NCBI RefSeq assembly: GCF_001194135.2
Contig: NC_068993.1
Span: 56,283,210 to 56,347,209 of the forward strand
Reading direction: 5' to 3'
DNA: 64,000 nucleotides
Source of the DNA: Octopus bimaculoides
Taxonomy: Eukaryota
Position numbers and translations under genes: made by a program. The notes under the pieces are model-generated. The model did not search any database, was not told where the DNA came from, and worked only from the letters and a program-made list of their open reading frames with translations. Position 1 is the stretch's first letter; each line of letters starts with the position of its first letter. Of the stretch, positions 36,896-50,146 are shown piece after piece.

Positions 36896-37465
36896 CACTA
36901 CCACCACCACCACCACCATACTTACCTGCGGGTACAGGAACTGTGAGTTTTTTCCGTAGAATCATCTGACCTTTGCCCGCACATTCTGAACAAGGATGGC
37001 TGATAAGGACCTTTGTACCATGACACTTCCGACAGGTAGTCTGCATTACAAATGGTCCGGTGCTAACCGTTTCCTGTTTACAAGAAAGAAAGAGAGAGAA
37101 TAGTGAAGAGTAATATCACTTGACGGTTCAAGGGCTGTAGCACTTCCAATATACAAAGGCAAGGACTGAACACACAACTATATTCTCTAAAAGGGGAAGA
37201 TATGAGGGGGGGGGGTGCTGAAAAGTTCCTGGCTTTAAGGGTATTGCAAAAGGCCTGGTTGGAGGCCCAACATTTGGAGTTCTTTTAGAGGGATTAGAAA
37301 AACTGAAGGACAGCTGCAATAAGTGTGTGAACCTGTGAGGGGAATACGTTGGATAAAAATCATAATTAACTGGTCGTCCTGTATTTTCTTTTACCCAAAG
37401 CCAGGAATTTTTCAGCAGCACCTCATGTATACATATACATAGCTGTATATGTAATAAGAGAAGGA

Positions 37466-37541
<76 letters not shown>

Positions 37542-40500
37542 TTGGTGCTTGTAGATCTGTCACTCTGGTTGCCACAAACACACAGAGACAGAGTCAGAAA
37601 CACATAGAACATAGAGACACTAAGAAGCACATACAGACACACACACACACACACACAGAGGCAGAAACACTTAGAAGCACACGCATACAAGGAGAAACAC
37701 ATAGAAGCACACACACACACAAGGGGAAACACATAGAAGAACATAGAGACACTAAGAAGGACACACAGACACATGCACAGAGAGGCAAAATCACTTAGAA
37801 GCACACACAAACACATAGAAGCACCCAGAGACATATTCAGAAATAAAAGCTGCCTGTACTTACCACTCCAGTTCCGTTACAGAAATGGCACCTGACAGGT
37901 TTGGTGCCAGGTTCTGCCTTCTTACCACCACACTTTGGACATAAGTCTTTCACATTGACACTGATGTCTTTGTTGATGCCGCGTGCAGCCTCTTCAAATG
38001 TTATATTCATGTAAAACTAGAGAATTAAATTAAAAAAAAAAAATCAGAAACAGATATCAACTAAAATACATGTGACATTCATGCCATTCTCAATACATTA
38101 GTAAATAACAGGACATTCTTTATAAGCCTGGTACTTATTCTATTGATCTCTTTTGCTGAATTGCTAAGTTATGGGGACGTAAATGCATCAGCATCGGTTT
38201 TCAAGCGATGGTGGGGGGTGGCCAAACACAGACACAGAAACATACACGCACACACACATAATGATAAAAGCAATATAGGTAGAACCACTCTCAAAAATCT
38301 ATCAAATGACAGACTCAACCTCAGTGGAAACTAAATTTAAAACAGAGACAATAAGTAGGATGTTGTAAATTATCATTTGCTTCTTTATTATCAATGGTGA
38401 TGATGATGATAATGATGATGATGATGATAAAGGTATTATAAATTTATTTTACCTCGGAAGCTGGTGCAAAACCGAATTTTGATTCTTCAAAATCTTGAAA
38501 ATTACCAAAGCCAGACATTTTAAAGCCGGCGTCACCAAATATTTTTCTGAACAGTTCTTCAGGGTTAATTGTACTTTGGAAATTCTCAAAACCTTAAGAG
38601 AGACAAGAAGACACAATATAAAAGAAAGAGAAAGAGAGAGAGTGTGTGCGAGAGAGAGATTGTTTGGAAATATAATTACTCAGTTCTAAAGGAAGGATGT
38701 AGTGGCTGAAAGGTTGCGGTGGTGGACTACTGATGCAAAATAGGTGAAAAGTTCAAAGGTTGAGAGTCACTGTTGTTCATCAGGAAGTTGAGGAATTCTA
38801 TGTAGTTATGTGATCCCATCCACCAGGTGTTAGACATCTCTTTAAGGAAACTACCATCCAACTCTTGTTAGATGGCTATTTATCTAAGCCTCACAGTAAC
38901 TACTAATCTGTCACCAGTGAAATGTAGATTATAACCTGACCAGACAAACTGACAGGTAGATGATAGTGTGAGACAGTTGATCAGATTACAAGTTCAACTT
39001 TAAGAACAAGTTAATCTTGCAAGGTTAATACTGACACAAGGCAGTACAGAAGGACTAATACTCAGTCTTTTAAAAGCTAAATCTCCTGCCAAAAACTGCC
39101 TGCCTGGTGGCACTGTCTGTTTCATCTCTTGAACAGAAAGGCCTCCTTACAAGGATTTGTCTTTCCCTTCAGAGCCAGAAAACACTTCAATTCCCAAGAA
39201 TGACTAAATACCTTCTACAAAGCTCAGGTGAGAGCCACAATGCAATACTATTTCCATAACTGGAATGATGCTACTGACACACATACAAGCATTCTACACC
39301 GTATCTAAAGAAAAAAAAACCACCAATCAGATTGGCATGAACTTTCCCACAAACACCCTCTGTCTGGCTCACAGAAGTGCTGTCCCCATTTTGTCTTTCC
39401 TGTCAGTATTTCAAAGGACTCTTTTCAGAGCTAGCTGCTTTCTTGTCAGTTGCACTCGTCTCTCCTACTCTCCCTGCTCACATTCTGTCCAATTTATTAG
39501 CGCCACATTAATCACACTGAATAGTTTTTGCTTTTCCAGAACATTTGACCTCTGAGAATCCCTCCCCCAGTCTCCAACTTGCAAACATCCAAGTGGGATG
39601 TTAATGGTATCAATCTCTTTACCTGATTGCGTACTGCCAAATCCATGTGATCTTTGATTGCCAGCAAAACCACTCTGTCCAGACATTCCAAACAAGTCAT
39701 ACTGTTTCCTTTTTTCAACATCTCCAAGAACCTGTGAAGAAAATCCAATACGATTTCATTTATCTCTGACACAAAGATACGTTTCGCAGGCAGGGTGACA
39801 TACATCCAACCAGAGTAATTAACCACAACAGATGAACATGCAGGGGCAGAGATTTATCATTCATTAGTTTATCATCTGTAGCTGTCATTCACTCAAGGTC
39901 TAACCCAGGGGTCCCCAAACTTTTTAGACCATCGACCCCTTCATGGAATCCTTGACCCCCCCCATCCCGGCATGTACAAGAAAATGAATAATAATAATTA
40001 AGTAGATGTGCATTTATTGAACCCTTGAATAGTCCCATCGACCCCCAGGGGTTGATACTGATCCCTTTGGAAACTCCTGGTTTAACCCTTTAGCATTCAG
40101 ATTATTCTATCAAATGTAATGCTTCACATTCATCATTTAACGTCCACTTTCCCATGCTGGTATGGGTTGGATGGCTTGACATGGAGCTGGCTAACAGGGA
40201 GCTGTCCAGACTCCAGTTATCTGTTGTGGCATGGTTTCTCCGGCTATAACAGAAGACACCTGCCCAAGGTGCCACACAGTGGAACTGAACCCAGAATCAT
40301 GTGGTTGGGAAGCAAGCTTCTTACCATACAACCACGCCTGTATATTTTTAGAATGACACTGAAGGATAGGTGTGACAGGCTGGATCTGGCTGGTTTGAGC
40401 ATAAAAACAGGTAGCATATTTGGGCAGGATATGGCCGGTCTAAATGCTGAAGGGTCAACAGGCATTGATTTAACATGACACAGCGTAATATCACATCATG

Positions 40501-41092
40501 TAAATTATGTAAGAACTTACCTCATAGGCTTCGGAGACTTCTTGAAACTTCTTAGCAGCGGTAGGATCGTTCTTGTTGACATCTGGATGATATTTCTTGG
40601 CCAACTGCACAGTAGATAGAATAGGAAATGAAGGACATTTGTGTATATGTGCATGTTGAATGAATGTGGGCACGTGTCTGTGTGTGTGTGCATGCATATG
40701 TTAACCTGAGAAATTATGACTTTGTTCCCATGAAGTTAATAGCATTCACTTAGGCTCTTTACAGCGATCATTTATGATTTTGGTGAGACAATAAAAACAA
40801 TATCTCTTTTGATCATAGTGATTTCCAAGTGCAATTTCTGAGGCATTAGGAAATTAACGAAGGTTATTTGCCAAGGATGCAGCATAAATGAGAACAAGAA
40901 CCAATTTTCAGCTGCATGACAAGTAAACATTGGAGTTTGGCACAGTCATCTGGCTCATTGACTCCTATCGTACTGCATTAACTTTGGATATCCTTGCTGC
41001 TTATTTTGATTTTGATCACCTTATTTTGAAATTGTATGAATAATACCATACTTAAGTCTGGTGCCTAAACTTAAGTACCATATTCACCTTGA

Positions 41093-41129
<37 letters not shown>

Positions 41130-42975
41130 ATGATCAAACAGACTCCAAAGACACTGGTGTTGTGTTGGTGTTGGTCTGCACCAGCAAGACTGATATTATT
41201 TAAGAAAATTGACAAAAATCATAGTGACCTTGCCATGGAGAGTGGGAAAATCTAACATTTGGACGGAGTCCTTCTTTAAGGAAAGTTGACAGGAGAGAAA
41301 TTAATAAGAGACAGAGTTTTACATCATCTACGTTGGAAAAAAAAAAAAAAATTGGCTGCAACTGATAAAGAACGCAAGACCAAAGGAACTTCATACATGA
41401 ACAGGAAGTAGTAGGAGAGAGAAACAGTGCGAGAAAGGTAGAAAGAAAGAGGAATGGAATGGAGAGAAAATGAGAGAGAAGAGAAGCAGTCGATAAGAAC
41501 AAGGTTAGACAAAGCCAGTAGTAAAGAATTGAGCACAAACCCGATAATAAGCTTGTTTTATTTCCTTTTGGTCAGCACTTTTGGAAACTCCTAAGACATT
41601 GTAATAATCCTGTTTGTTGAGAGTCTGGCTTGAATGAATAAGTCGCGCATGTGTTGTTGGTATTAAAGATTTCTTCAGTTTTTCTACAGAAAACGGCAAA
41701 AATAATATATAAATTGAAATATTTGAAAACAAAACAACAAATAAACTAGAGATGGCAAAATGTTAATTAAGAGTCAAAATGGTGGATTGTCAGAATCAGT
41801 AGAGTGTGAAACGAAGGGTTTTGCAGTATTTGGTTAGAGTCCGAGTTCAAACCCCATTGGGATCAACTTTGCTTTTCATTAAAGAACCAATAAGGTTGTT
41901 CTGTACAGTGCAGCACAGAAGGGGTCCTCACTGCTCAATGTTGGGTCTGTTTGTGCAAAGTGATGAGTGAGAAGAGAGGGCAATTGAAGGGTGAGAAGGA
42001 GAAAGAAGAGAGAGCATGGAGGGAGTGGTGGCGCAATACTGGAATGGGGGAAGGAGTTTAAAGATGCTAGTATCAAGAATATAGCACAAAAAAATCCACA
42101 GCCTCATTCTTCAGCAAAATGCACACACACACACACACAAGCGTCCTACCGACTTTATTTCCTCATAACTTAGCAGAAAAACTCGGATTTTTTTTTAAAT
42201 GAATGAGGTAACAAAGCCAACACGTATGAGTTTTCTGAAGCTCCTCTCCTTGTCACCCCACGGAATTTTTTTTTTTTTCAAAGCCAATTCCGATATAATC
42301 GGAATCTACACCACCTGAAGCATATTTGTAGAAATTTTCATTAGAAAATATCCATTTTTCTGGAAGTTACAAGGGAAACACGACATATTGGGGAGGAGGG
42401 GAGCACTTCAATAAGTATGTCTAAACACACACACACAAACAGGGGCCATCACTGATATACTTCTGAAGTTGCAAAGACGAAACGAACTCCGACTTTTGAA
42501 CTATCGCTAATAGCGAAAAGACGACGGACCGGCAAAATGGTTTGTGTCTTTGATGATGTAAAAAACCTAATGAGATCGATCATAAAGACAGAGTTAAGAA
42601 AGCAGATTTTATTTAATAACTTCAACAAGAATTTTAGACGAGAAACTTTACCTAATGCTGGGATATGCATTATAATAGATGAATTATATAACATATAATT
42701 TACACACACACACACGCAGAAAACAAACAACTACAAGAGAGTTACTAGAAATAGCAACCAAATCTTTCTTAAAGCAAACATTAAATAATGTAGTCTGTCG
42801 TTTTATACTACAATAATAATAATAATAAAAGGGCGGGGCGGAATGGTCAGAGTTGAGATGACTTTAATCCTATGTTTATTTAATCAAAATCGATTTGGGA
42901 TACACCACAAATGTGATTTACACACACACACGAACATACTATCATAGATACACGTGTGTGAAGAGATAGATTGAT

Positions 42976-43007
<32 letters not shown>

Positions 43008-44950
43008 TGTGTGTGTTATAGAAACAGGCACGCGGCTACCACAGTAGAAAAATAGAGGTCACCTCGTCAGGAAACTTCTAGTTTGACGTCATATTTACTT
43101 TATAACGAATGATAAGGTAATAAAAGATTGTGGAGAGTCTGCATATATATATATATAGGGGTAGACTGGGTGATGAGGAGATGGGGCGTCGAGGAAGGCG
43201 GTGCGTAGTCCACGCTTTTCTCAAGGGCATTAATAGTCACGGACGGGGTGGCAAATCGAAACCGAACAGCGACTTTCGGATCGGCCGGAACATCGCCCTA
43301 TTCGCTTTATAGCAGCAGGGCGGCTTTCTGGTGTGAGATACATTGAAAATAAGATTGGATAGTCATGGCTAGAGCGCCGTGATCAAAAATCTATGTCAAC
43401 AGTGTTGACCTTGGGATAACCAAATTCACCACCACTATTTACCGTTTTTTTTTTAAAATTTCATAAATATGTTCCACATCGTTTGAAGTAATGGAGGTGG
43501 AACGGCGAGAATGCATGAACGTCACACAATCACATTCCTACTCGGCAACCAACTTAGCAGGCGAATATGATTCTTAAGACAAGGTTTCGATTCTATTAGG
43601 AATCCGTTTCAATAACTACTTTTCACTGTGTGTGTGTGTGTACTGTTATCATTATAGTTATTAATTGATAGAAATCAACCATAAATATTTAATCCAAGGC
43701 CGGTATTTTAAACGGAAGCCGTAAAAAGGGACGTAACTAGATATCGCAATACATGTGGTCCGGCGCTCGACCGATTTTGCACAAACATTAGCTCGGCTTG
43801 TCTCTCCGTAACTTCGACATAAATTCGAATATTTATAGGAGACAGAAGTGAAGGAAGATTAATTAATTAAATAATAAATCCTAGTAAATTACTGGTGGTT
43901 ACGAAGCGACCCCACAACAAATCACTGAATTTGATTTTTGCTACGGGAGGTCACAGGTTGTGTAACCCCACGTCAACACAAATCGAGAAAACCAACGAAC
44001 GTCGGGATTCTAGCTATTACCACTCACACCAAGGGGATATCTAAAATTATTATATTATCAAATGTATCCTTCCGCTTATGATTGAATAGATAGATGTATC
44101 CTTGCGTTTGTGAGATTTGGCTGCTATATCTTGCAGCTCGAACCACCCTGTAGAAGCTCCTAGTTGAGCGTAATTTACATCGATTTTATACATTTCAGCC
44201 ACAACTTCACCCTTTTCGAGAAAAATCTCTCTTGCCTCATGTCTCACTAACAAATAACTATAATATAAAAAATGGACAATAACAGTTGAAACATGTTGCG
44301 CAGTTATTGTTTCTCAGTCCTCGGTCAACCCAAATGAAGCTGACAACAAATAATCAAAATTAACTCGAGCCATGATCATCCCTCCCACACGTTTTTTTTA
44401 AAGACTACCAAGGGTTACAAAGTGTGATCTGAGACGAATTTAGCTGCTATTTATTCAACATGTCGAACGGTCATTGTGAGGCTCTCATATTGTTAGTAAG
44501 TCTTACAAAACTACGAAATAAATTCAAGGTAAACTGATATGGCAATGCGGTTTCACTCTCCGCCATACATTCCATAAACGATTAGCCTCGTCGAAAATAC
44601 AGGATATTTTATTACCAATGAAGTTCTTGGACCTGCTAGAAATAGCAGCTAAACGTCCTTCAACTCACACCCTATTGTCAAGGACACGTTTAATAATATT
44701 ATCCGAGGTACATTTAAAAAAGCTTGGATAGTCATGAATGGAATGTGCTTGATCATAGACGTGGTGTACCAAGAGATGACTTCAGGCTAAAACAACACCA
44801 CGGAATCAACAGCACGTGTGTTGACTAACTACTTCCCGTTATCGAACATGCTGTTACATCTTATGAAAATGGATGGATCACATGTCAGATGGGCGAAATC
44901 TGTTTAAAGTCAGAATTAAAATTCAATGCAAGGATAGACATTGTTTTATA

Positions 44951-44997
<47 letters not shown>

Positions 44998-47519
44998 TGA
45001 GCCTGTACTGATGGACATTCTCTGAATCAGCTGTCGGACTGTAGAGCGTCAAAATGTCATCACATCCCGATAGCATCGCTAACTTCCAACGATTAATATA
45101 AAAGAATAAATACATACACAAGGTGTTACCAAAGCTGTCGTCATTAAGGCTCAGTGTACAGATGATGGTGTAGTTGTAAAGAAATAAGGGTTAAAATAAC
45201 CTTAACAAAATACCAGCTCAGTATCCCTACAATTTCCTTATTTGTTGGAGACGGTGATCGATATGCCTCTTAGATAATATTATCGTTAATAGGTAAAGAA
45301 AAATCAGGCTTAACCAACCTAATCAAGTTAATTCTGGAATAAATTGTTTCTTTTTTAATTGATCAAAATTATTTCCCCCTTTCTCTTTGAATATGTCACA
45401 AACAATTCGCGCTCGATTTTTGCTTTTTTCTTCCAATTAAGAAAATGTCATATGAGAAGTTTTTGCATATCATTAAGTAGATCACGTCTTAAATTATCTT
45501 TATATATATTTTATTATATTTACACACACACACACACATACCCAATATTTGTCTATCTCACGAGGTCTCAACTTCAATTGAAGAAATACCTGTTGGTGAA
45601 CTAGGAACAATACGATCCCCCCTCATCTGTAATGTCATAGGTGTTAACAACGATTACGTACATTGGCACCAAAAACATATTGTAATGTATTTTATGAACC
45701 CTCACCTTATAATTAGAAGAATTAAAGACAAAATCGACCTTTGCCAAACTACCTTCTGACAATGTTAATAATAATAATACGGAATAAAAATACGTATTGC
45801 CACGCACACACGAAACTTTCAATACTTCGAATGCGTAAAATGAGTCGGATCCCTTGTTTAATATCAAACTAACTAGTCGAGTAAACCGAGAGTTAAATAT
45901 GTTCCAAACATGACAATTCCGTCTTCTTTTAAAGACTGAAAAATGTTGTTCTACATCAGATGTAAGACAGTAGGATACGATACAATTGGAGATTTAGATG
46001 CCATTTCCAGCAGGTCAAGCGACCGTAGAATGACCGCTTTTTGTAACCAAAGCTTAAAAGGTCAGCTATTCAGGTTTTCAGTGATCGTTAATTTACGAAA
46101 AAAACAAACAAAATAAAATAAAACATATTTAGGCACGTACAAACAGTTTCGTAGGTTAAACTTAAGGTCTACCCTATACACGATTACGTAAGTGGGACGT
46201 TAAGAGACACATTTATTAGTTTCCCAAGCACAGGTTCATTAGTCTCTACCGGATTTCATTAGTGGGTGGTGTACCATAAAACTATGTCCACTATGCATCT
46301 TCGTGTTTTAATTTCAATTGTTCCCAATGTTTATAGATTTTTAAAAAAATACATTAACATTTGCAACTGCTTAAAGCGAATGTTTCCTTCTTGTTTCCGT
46401 TTCATATTGCCGAGTAAATATTTTTTATTCACCTGGGATTTCACTTCAGAAGTGAACAAAGTTAGATTAATTCTCCATATACTGCCAATTTACCATTTTG
46501 TATATTTTCAATATATCTGTCGACATGTGAGTATCTCAAGTTTAATATTTTTTTTTTCATCGTCTCTGTATAAATCAGGTTTTTCAGTTTGAATGGTTTT
46601 TAGTTCCCTTTAATACGAATTCAAGTTTCCCCTTAAAGGACGTCCAAACTGCAGTTCTATAATTCACATGGGATCTTACACATTCGTAATTGTATATTTT
46701 TGTGTTTAATTAAATATTATTATACCCATCGCTATATCTAGTAAAGAGTTTGTGTGGAATGCTGGAAGGATGATGTAATGTTGTGACATTAATGACCTTT
46801 CCACTGAATGAAGTGACATGAAACGGTTTCACGTAGAACTCGAAGACCAGTTGCGGCGACTCGGGGGGGGGGGGAATGATTAAAAACAGCTAGCTCAGTC
46901 CGTTCACATTATGGTCTACTGTTGCATATTTTTATCGTTCCCAGAAAGGGTTAAAAAAAAAAAAATTTAATCTGACACGGGAACTCAGAAATAAGAATAC
47001 AAATAATTTCTAATAAGGGTAACGAATTTTGTAGAAGAAAGGACATGCTTCCATGACCTCAGTATTCCACTGACCGGTATTTCTTTTATCGACCCTGGAA
47101 AAGTGAAAGACGAGGGTGAGCGACCCACGCAGGATTTGAACATAGCTAGAAACAACAGCCAAACTAATAATGGGTTCTAATATTGGTAGAAAAGAAAGAG
47201 CACATGCAATTAAATCATCCGTACTATATAACTGGTATTATTTTTTGTTACATATGTATATAATTTATACCGGAATGTTCGATAATACACATATATAGAC
47301 GCACTCACCTTGCCGTGACGAGACCTCTGTGTAGAAAGCCACATTTAGCGTAGTGAACCATCGACTTGATGTAAATTGATAGTTAGAAAGACGAGCAGAC
47401 GGTAAATGACGGTCGATTACTACTTGACAAAGTTGTTTTAAGGAAATATTATTACTACTACTGTTGTTACAGATATGTCTGAGACACCAACGTCCAGCTA
47501 CATGTCTGTAAGAAGCCAT
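27715..47519 (-). CDS. DNAJA3: DnaJ homolog subfamily A member 3 (Tid1, mitochondrial Hsp40); exons 47519-47309, 41683-41541, 40604-40521, 39731-39623, 38592-38453, 38016-37864, 37073-36926, 35762-35698, 34976-34848, 33791-33676, 32879-32782, then 29079-28952 or 27827-27715
   Basis: All junctions are GT-AG and in phase. Exon 1 [15 protein letters not shown]... is presequence-like (aaagATGg, donor G|gtgagt). J domain DYYNVLGV...KYHPDVNK...[11 protein letters not shown]; G/F region [12 protein letters not shown]; four zinc motifs [28 protein letters not shown]; C-terminal [30 protein letters not shown]. About 502-507 aa. Confidence 0.95.
28952..29079 (-). CDS. DNAJA3: DNAJA3 alternative terminal exon A ([42 protein letters not shown])
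   Basis: Acceptor ctctcttttcag|, phase 1 matching donor 32781. The ending [12 protein letters not shown] resembles the Tid1-long C-terminus GFLSKLKKMFTS. Confidence 0.85.
29600..29790 (+). mobile_element. RTE-X LINE 3'-tail repeat, diverged
   Basis: aaaagcacccagtacattctaaagtggttggcattaggaagggcatccagctg...gttaaatgatgatgat. Confidence 0.7.
30285..30545 (+). mobile_element. tRNA-derived SINE, family C (central ttcttgagcaaaacacttcatttc domain); related copies at about 7130-7350, 11505-11630, 36020-36120, 57958-58130
   Basis: A box tggcctagtgg, B box gggttcgattt, shared core. Confidence 0.7.
30905..30968. repeat. (AT)n microsatellite
   Basis: Direct observation. Confidence 0.95.
31490..32605. 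repeat. 30-bp minisatellite in the last DNAJA3 intron (mostly inside an N gap)
   Basis: Left unit gtctaactgaagggtatagaccacaagctt, right unit gtctaactgaagggtacagacaacagactt. Degenerate units extend left to about 31030. Confidence 0.95.
32990..33165 (+). pseudogene. Helitron/Pif1 helicase C-terminal remnant
   Basis: [23 protein letters not shown] resembles the motif FSHGQLYVALSRV...IKIL. Confidence 0.55.
33903..34151 (+). mobile_element. mariner-derived MITE
   Basis: Imperfect ~90-bp TIRs (ggtgcataattattg...ttattcaacaaaaacaataac) resembling mariner ends. The short core encodes [15 protein letters not shown], a mariner C-terminus. Confidence 0.8.
36832..36918. repeat. (CAA)/(CTA)n/(CCA)n compound microsatellite directly beside a DNAJA3 donor site
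   Basis: Direct observation. Confidence 0.9.
37201..37429 (+). mobile_element. mariner-derived MITE (second family)
   Basis: TIRs gagggg..gtgctgaaaagttcctggcttt / aaagccaggaatttttcagcagcacctc, TA-flanked. The core encodes [21 protein letters not shown]. Confidence 0.8.
37445..37790. repeat. (GA)n followed by a degenerate tandem of acatagaagcac/agacact units
   Basis: Direct observation. Confidence 0.75.
39906..40079. mobile_element. hAT-type MITE
   Basis: TIRs caggggtccccaaac / tttggaaactcctg. The 8-bp TSD is gtctaacc / gtttaacc (7 of 8 match). Confidence 0.75.
44090..44253 (-). pseudogene. Possible pogo/Tigger transposase fragment (CENP-B-type HTH)
   Basis: [10 protein letters not shown]...LGASTGWFE resembles the LIxEKARxxF...FxASxGWF motif. 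Short match only. Confidence 0.45.
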
Positions 47520-48022
47520 CTTTACTACCGCTACTGTTGTTGTTGTTGATGATGGTAATGATGATAGTGGGGGTGGTTGTGGATAACAGAGTGTAAGAGA
47601 GAGGAAGGGAGGTTACGCTCGCCAGGGGAAGTAACTCGTCGGTGTCTATGAGACTCAGTTAACCTCTCGTACATAACATCACATTAGTCTTTTATACTCT
47701 TCGCATACACAAGCGGGCGGTGATATAGACATACACACACACTTAAACACAATAGATACATACATGCATACACGCAATAAATGCACACACATTTATATTA
47801 ACTCACACATAACGTACACACAAGCACACGTGCACAATCACATATTCACAACAGACACACACACAGAAGAAACGGATGGGTTGATGCAAAAACAGGAAAA
47901 AGTACAAAAGAAACGAAGAATAATAAAAAATGCTTTCAGAATAGACACAAGGGCAAAAGGAATGACATTTCTGGGGAGGGGTGTAGTGGATTGCATTGAC
48001 CTCATAACCTGACTGGTTCTTT

Positions 48023-48232
48023 TTAATCTTTTATTTGTTCCAGTCATTTGACTGCGGCCATGCTGGAGCACCGCCTTTAGTCGAGCAAATCGATCCCAGG
48101 ACATATTCTTTGTAAGCCTACTACTTGTTCTATCGGCCTCTTTTGCCGAACCGCTATGTTACGGGGACGTAAACACACCGGCTCGGTTGTCAAGCGACGG
48201 TGGAGGGGGGGGGGACAAGCACAGACACGCTA
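48023..48232 (-). mobile_element. SINE family A, body only
   Basis: ccagtcatttgactgcggccatgctggagcaccgcc...gacaagcacagacac. Confidence 0.8.
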
Positions 48233-49082
48233 ATATACGACCTATGTTATAATCTCCACTCTTGTTTATACAACGAATGGGGCAAAACTAGCCGGTATAC
48301 AGCACTTACTCGGTATTACCTGTATCTTTGGGTTTGGTTGAATCCAATACCCTTCTTAACCTTATATATACATANNNNNNNNNNNNNNNNNNNNNNNNNN
48401 NNNNNNNNNNNNNNNNNNNNNNNNNNNNNNNNNNNNNNNNNNNNNNNNNNNNNNNNNNNNNNNNNNNNNNNNNNNNNNNNNNNNNNNNNNNNNNNNNNNN
48501 NNNNNNNNNNNNNNNNNNNNNNNNNNNNNNNNNNNNNNNNNNNNNNNNNNNNNNNNNNNNNNNNNNNNNNNNNNNNNNNNNNNNNNNNNNNNNNNNNNNN
48601 NNNNNNNNNNNNNNNNNNNNNNNNNNNNNNNNNNNNNNNNNNNNNNNNNNNNNNNNNNNNNNNNNNNNNNNNNNNNNNNNNNNNNNNNNNNNNNNNNNNN
48701 NNNNNNNNNNNNNNNNNNNNNNNNNNNNNNNNNNNNNNNNNNNNNNNNNNNNNNNNNNNNNNNNNNNNNNNNNNNNNNNNNNNNNNNNNNNNNNNNNNNN
48801 NNNNNNNNNNNNNNNNNNNNNNNNNNNNNNNNNNNNNNNNNNNNNNNNNNNNNNNNNNNNNNNNNNNNNNNNNNNNNNNNNNNNNNNNNNNNNNNNNNNN
48901 NNNNNNNNNNNNNNNNNNNNNNNNNNNNNNNNNNNNNNNNNNNNNNNNNNNNNNNNNNNNNNNNNNNNNNNNNNNNNNNNNNNNNNNNNNNNNNNNNNNN
49001 NNNNNNNNNNNNNNNNNNNNNNNNNNNNNNNNNNNNNNNNNNNNNNNNNNNNNNNNNNNNNNNNNNNNNNNNNNNNNNNNNC

Positions 49083-49342
49083 GGCAGACGAAGTACCGCT
49101 AAGCATTTTGCCCGGTGTGGTAACGTTTCTTATTTCTTTATTGCCCACAAGGGGCCAAACATAGAGGGGACAAACAAGGACAGACAAAGGGATTAAGTCG
49201 ATTACATCGATCCCAGTGCGTAACTGGTACTTAATTCATCGACCCCGAAAGGATAAAAGGCAAAGTCGACCTCGGCGGAATTTGAACTTAAAACGTAGCG
49301 GCAGACGAAATACTGCTAAGCACTTCGCCCGGCGTGCTAACG
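49083..49342 (-). mobile_element. SINE family B, young full-length copy with a second partial head adjacent
   Basis: ggcagcgagctggcagaaacgttagcacgccgggcgaagtgc on the minus strand, with tail to ttgtgggcaataaagaaataag. Confidence 0.85.
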
Positions 49343-49535
49343 TTTCTGCCAGCTCGCTGCCATTCTATATTATGTCGACCTTGACGGAATGAAAGATAAA
49401 GTCGATCTTGGCGTGATTAGAACTCGGAGCATAAGAGCCAGATTCCACCTAATAACGGCTTAGGATTTAGACAAAAAGCCCAACAGTTTCAAACCCTCAA
49501 CTTGACTGTTACTTCATTTTATTGAACCCGGCAGC

Positions 49536-50146
49536 GCGAAATTTTTTTCTCATGGGAGTTCCGGACCTCAGAAAATGAATTCATTTGGATACAGCCAATC
49601 AGAGCTCACCTCGACTCTGTTGTCAAGTTAACAACCACACTCTACCAAGTAAACTCAAGACGAAGAACGGTGTTATAAGTTGACCAATCGCCAAGTTATG
49701 CCTGATATTAGAAGTCAAGTTATTAGATCGATTTGTATCTATACCTATTATTGGATTTTGTTAGGGCCCCATATGGTAAAGATGTGGATGAGAAAAATAT
49801 GGGTACAGGATGATGTGCTAGCAACCCTCTCCCCTTACTGCTTTACAAAGTAAACAACAACACAAATAACTACGCAGAGGCAGCCATGGTTGAAACAAGA
49901 ACAAGANNNNNNNNNNAACAACACAAATAACTACGCAGAGGCAGCCATGGTTGAAACAAGAACAAGAACAACAAGCATTCTTAAAAGAGAAAAGAAGCAT
50001 GGTCATTCCTTAGCCAAGTGACCTTATCTTATCTCCCATCACTTGTTATGAGCTCCCAAATTAGTTTGATAGTTGAGCTCTGATTGACTGTATGCAAATG
50101 AGTTCATAGCTGGAGTCCAGAACTCTAGTGGGAAAAACAATTTCGG
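49536..50146. mobile_element. Non-autonomous DNA transposon with ~75-bp imperfect TIRs and an 11-bp TSD (MULE-like), inserted into a SINE-B remnant
   Basis: TSD aacccggcagc at 49525-49535 and 50147-50157. TIRs cgaaatt...atgaattcatttggatacagccaatcagagctca and its reverse complement. An internal segment is shared with 18468-18575. Confidence 0.8.

Noticed and set aside
39465-39622. ORF continuing past the DNAJA3 exon 4 donor
   Set aside because: Read-through into intron ending in a stop; the spliced path restores the conserved G/F region.
45601-45867. 88-aa minus-strand ORF in DNAJA3 intron 1
   Set aside because: No recognisable motif or convincing splice pair.
49851-49972. Exact ~55-bp direct repeat
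   Set aside because: It straddles a 10-N gap, typical of unmerged contig overlap.
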